Positions 63,397-64,000 of a stretch of DNA of 64,000 nucleotides are shown here, piece by piece. Each line of letters starts with the position of its first letter. Positions within the stretch are counted from its first letter, which is position 1. The notes below the pieces were generated by a model, which saw nothing but the letters and a program-made list of their open reading frames with translations, made no database searches and was not told where the DNA came from. The stretch lies in assembly GCA_963665115.1 (NCBI GenBank), contig OY762007.1, forward strand, positions 2,176,001-2,240,000. The letters run 5' to 3'. The position numbers and the translations under genes are program-made. The DNA comes from an uncultured Rivularia sp. GTDB lineage: Bacteria > Cyanobacteriota > Cyanobacteriia > Cyanobacteriales > Nostocaceae.

Positions 63397-64000
63397 ATGG
63401 AAAACCGCCTAAAAATCTTTAGAACACAGCACAATTTTTCGCAAGCAGCATTAGCAGAGCGTTTGGGAGTCAGTCGCCAAACGATTAACGCTTTAGAAAA
63501 GGGTAAATATGACCCCAGTCTGCCGCTGGCAATGAAGATTGCTCAGCTTTTTGATTGTGCAATTGAAACAATATTTTTATTTGAACCAAATTTGCAAGAA
63601 GGTTCAAAAGGAGATTCTATGCTTGATAAATTGACAACTAAAGCAGTACAGGTAATAGCACTCGCTCAAGGAAACTTTACATTTGATAAATGGACTCCTC
63701 AAGCAGTGGAAGTAATTCAGCTAGCTCAACAAGAAGCTCGTCATTTAGGACATAATTTTGTTGGTACGGAGCAGGTTTTGCTGGGATTGATTGCAAAAGA
63801 AAGCGGTATTGCGGCTAAAGTTCTGAAATCTGAGGGTGTAACGCTCGATAAAGCTCGTGTCGAAGTAGAGAAAATTATTGGTAAAGGTTCTAGCTTTTTA
63901 GAAATACAAGTACCGTTTACACCAAGAATGAAGCGAGTTTTTAAATTATCTTTGGAGCAAGCGCATCAAGTTGGACATAACTATATTGATACAGAGCATC
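63397..64000 (+). CDS. XRE/Cro HTH regulator fused to a Clp N-terminal (Clp_N repeat) domain, runs off the window
   Basis: Manual translation: MENRLKIFR...[27 protein letters not shown]...[22 protein letters not shown]...[10 protein letters not shown]...GHNYIDTEH with no stop codon. Confidence 0.88.
   Translation, partial: MENRLKIFRTQHNFSQAALAERLGVSRQTINALEKGKYDPSLPLAMKIAQLFDCAIETIFLFEPNLQEGSKGDSMLDKLTTKAVQVIALAQGNFTFDKWTPQAVEVIQLAQQEARHLGHNFVGTEQVLLGLIAKESGIAAKVLKSEGVTLDKARVEVEKIIGKGSSFLEIQVPFTPRMKRVFKLSLEQAHQVGHNYIDTEH

Overview
AT-rich DNA from a filamentous, probably heterocyst-forming cyanobacterium (Nostocales-like), judged from HIP1 GCGATCGC octamers, heptamer STRR tracts, GTAG-type palindromes, chlG, petP and crtR. 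(1) 1-15.6 kb: a divergently arranged lipid-modifying cluster. The rightward arm encodes a Rieske oxygenase, an SPT/alpha-oxoamine-synthase-like PLP enzyme, a GNAT protein resembling bacterial ceramide synthase, a translationally coupled NAD(P)H reductase and a fatty-acid hydroxylase. The rest encodes a B12 radical SAM enzyme, a desaturase, a Cfa-family methyltransferase, an MFS transporter, a CapA protein and two 2OG/Fe(II) hydroxylases. This is the best candidate for an uncharacterised system, a cyanobacterial ceramide-like or amino-lipid pathway. (2) 15.6-17.9 kb: an orphan 6-repeat CRISPR array with leader, then an intact ORF that looks IS66-transposase-derived. (3) 17.9-22.6 kb: housekeeping genes (ChaN, cupin, chlG, ArsA-like, petP). 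(4) 23.1-53.4 kb: a large ABC-transporter-dependent surface polysaccharide locus with one wzm, two wzt, coiled-coil methyltransferases, gmd genes, many glycosyltransferases, a YfhO-GtrB-GtrA cassette, rfbC/D/A, a gmd/GT4 relic containing a MITE-like insert, and a 37-bp tandem array. (5) 53.5-64 kb: pyk, crtR, aroH, sppA, mlaE, DUF3119, DUF3086, plsY and an HTH-ClpN fusion running off the end. Four genes are frameshifted at G/C homopolymers, which most likely reflects sequencing error. All family assignments come from motif recognition by eye; no searches were run.
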